Part shown: piece after piece, positions 6,294-6,506 of the stretch
How positions within the stretch are numbered: the first letter of the stretch is position 1
How the letters are laid out: each line of letters begins with the position of its first letter
IMG/VR virus record: IMGVR_UViG_2531839233_000013
Reading direction: 5' to 3' (one strand)
DNA: 6,506 nt
Source: a virus
Taxonomy: Duplodnaviria > Heunggongvirae > Uroviricota > Caudoviricetes
The notes under the pieces: model-generated
Told to the model about the DNA's origin: nothing
Seen by the model: the letters and a program-made list of their open reading frames with translations, nothing else
Databases searched by the model: none
Translations under genes and position numbers: made by a program

Positions 6294-6478
6294 CAGTTCA
6301 CCTCCTGCGGCGGTTCTGGTAGCGGCATCCAGTGTGACGGTTTCCACGACGCACCAGGAATTATCCACCCATCATTAGCGTCAGGATGCCCCGGGATGTA
6401 AGTCGCCCACTTCATTCGCCAGTCACCTTTCCTGTCAAACTCCACGGCAACAAGAACGGCTGTTTTGGTATCCGGCAT
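6293..6478 (-). CDS. Phage hypothetical protein, at least 61 aa, possibly 5'-incomplete
   Basis: The ORF is translationally coupled to the downstream gene (ATGA at 6293). The reading frame stays open upstream of the ATG at 6478 to the window edge at 6506, so the true start may lie outside the window. Confidence 0.45.
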   Translation of the reverse strand: MPDTKTAVLVAVEFDRKGDWRMKWATYIPGHPDANDGWIIPGASWKPSHWMPLPEPPQEVN

Positions 6479-6506
6479 TCGCTCACTACAACTTATCCAA
6501 CCATCC

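Noticed and set aside
5898-6368. 156-aa start for the phage gene at the ATG at 6368
   Set aside because: It would overlap the upstream gene by about 75 nt. The internal ATG at 6293 has AGGAGGT 7 nt upstream and a clean ATGA overlap.
5739-6401. 220-aa plus-strand ORF
   Set aside because: It is antisense to two minus-strand genes that have strong RBS and ATGA coupling. Its translation is Leu/Ser/Cys/Phe-rich with few charged residues, which is typical of a shadow ORF.
1-6506. CRISPR array, rRNA or insertion-sequence content
   Set aside because: I found no regularly spaced direct repeats, no rRNA-like conserved stretches, and no transposase-like ORF or terminal inverted repeats flanking a gene.

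Overview
This window is a lambdoid-prophage nin/Q segment read on the minus strand, interrupted by a ~4 kb AT-rich cargo island. The phage backbone (G+C roughly 50-58% in lines I counted by hand) carries two small phage ORFs (6478->5898), then a translationally coupled chain DUF1367-like -> YbcO/DUF1364-like -> Q-like antiterminator (1467->27). The island (about 1650-5750, roughly 25-40% G+C in sampled lines) encodes three proteins: a GHKL (MutL/MORC/Hsp90-type) ATPase (1967-3358, +), a translationally coupled 329-aa protein with no motif I can recognise (3358-4347, +), and a convergent Dcm-type C5 cytosine methyltransferase (4315-5466, -) with all the core motifs. I read this as a candidate methyltransferase-linked GHKL-ATPase defence or restriction-like module carried as a prophage moron; the partner protein and the module's function are uncharacterised as far as I can tell. 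No tRNA, rRNA, CRISPR array, transposase or integrase is evident. All homology statements come from reading the translations and from memory of protein families, not from a database search.
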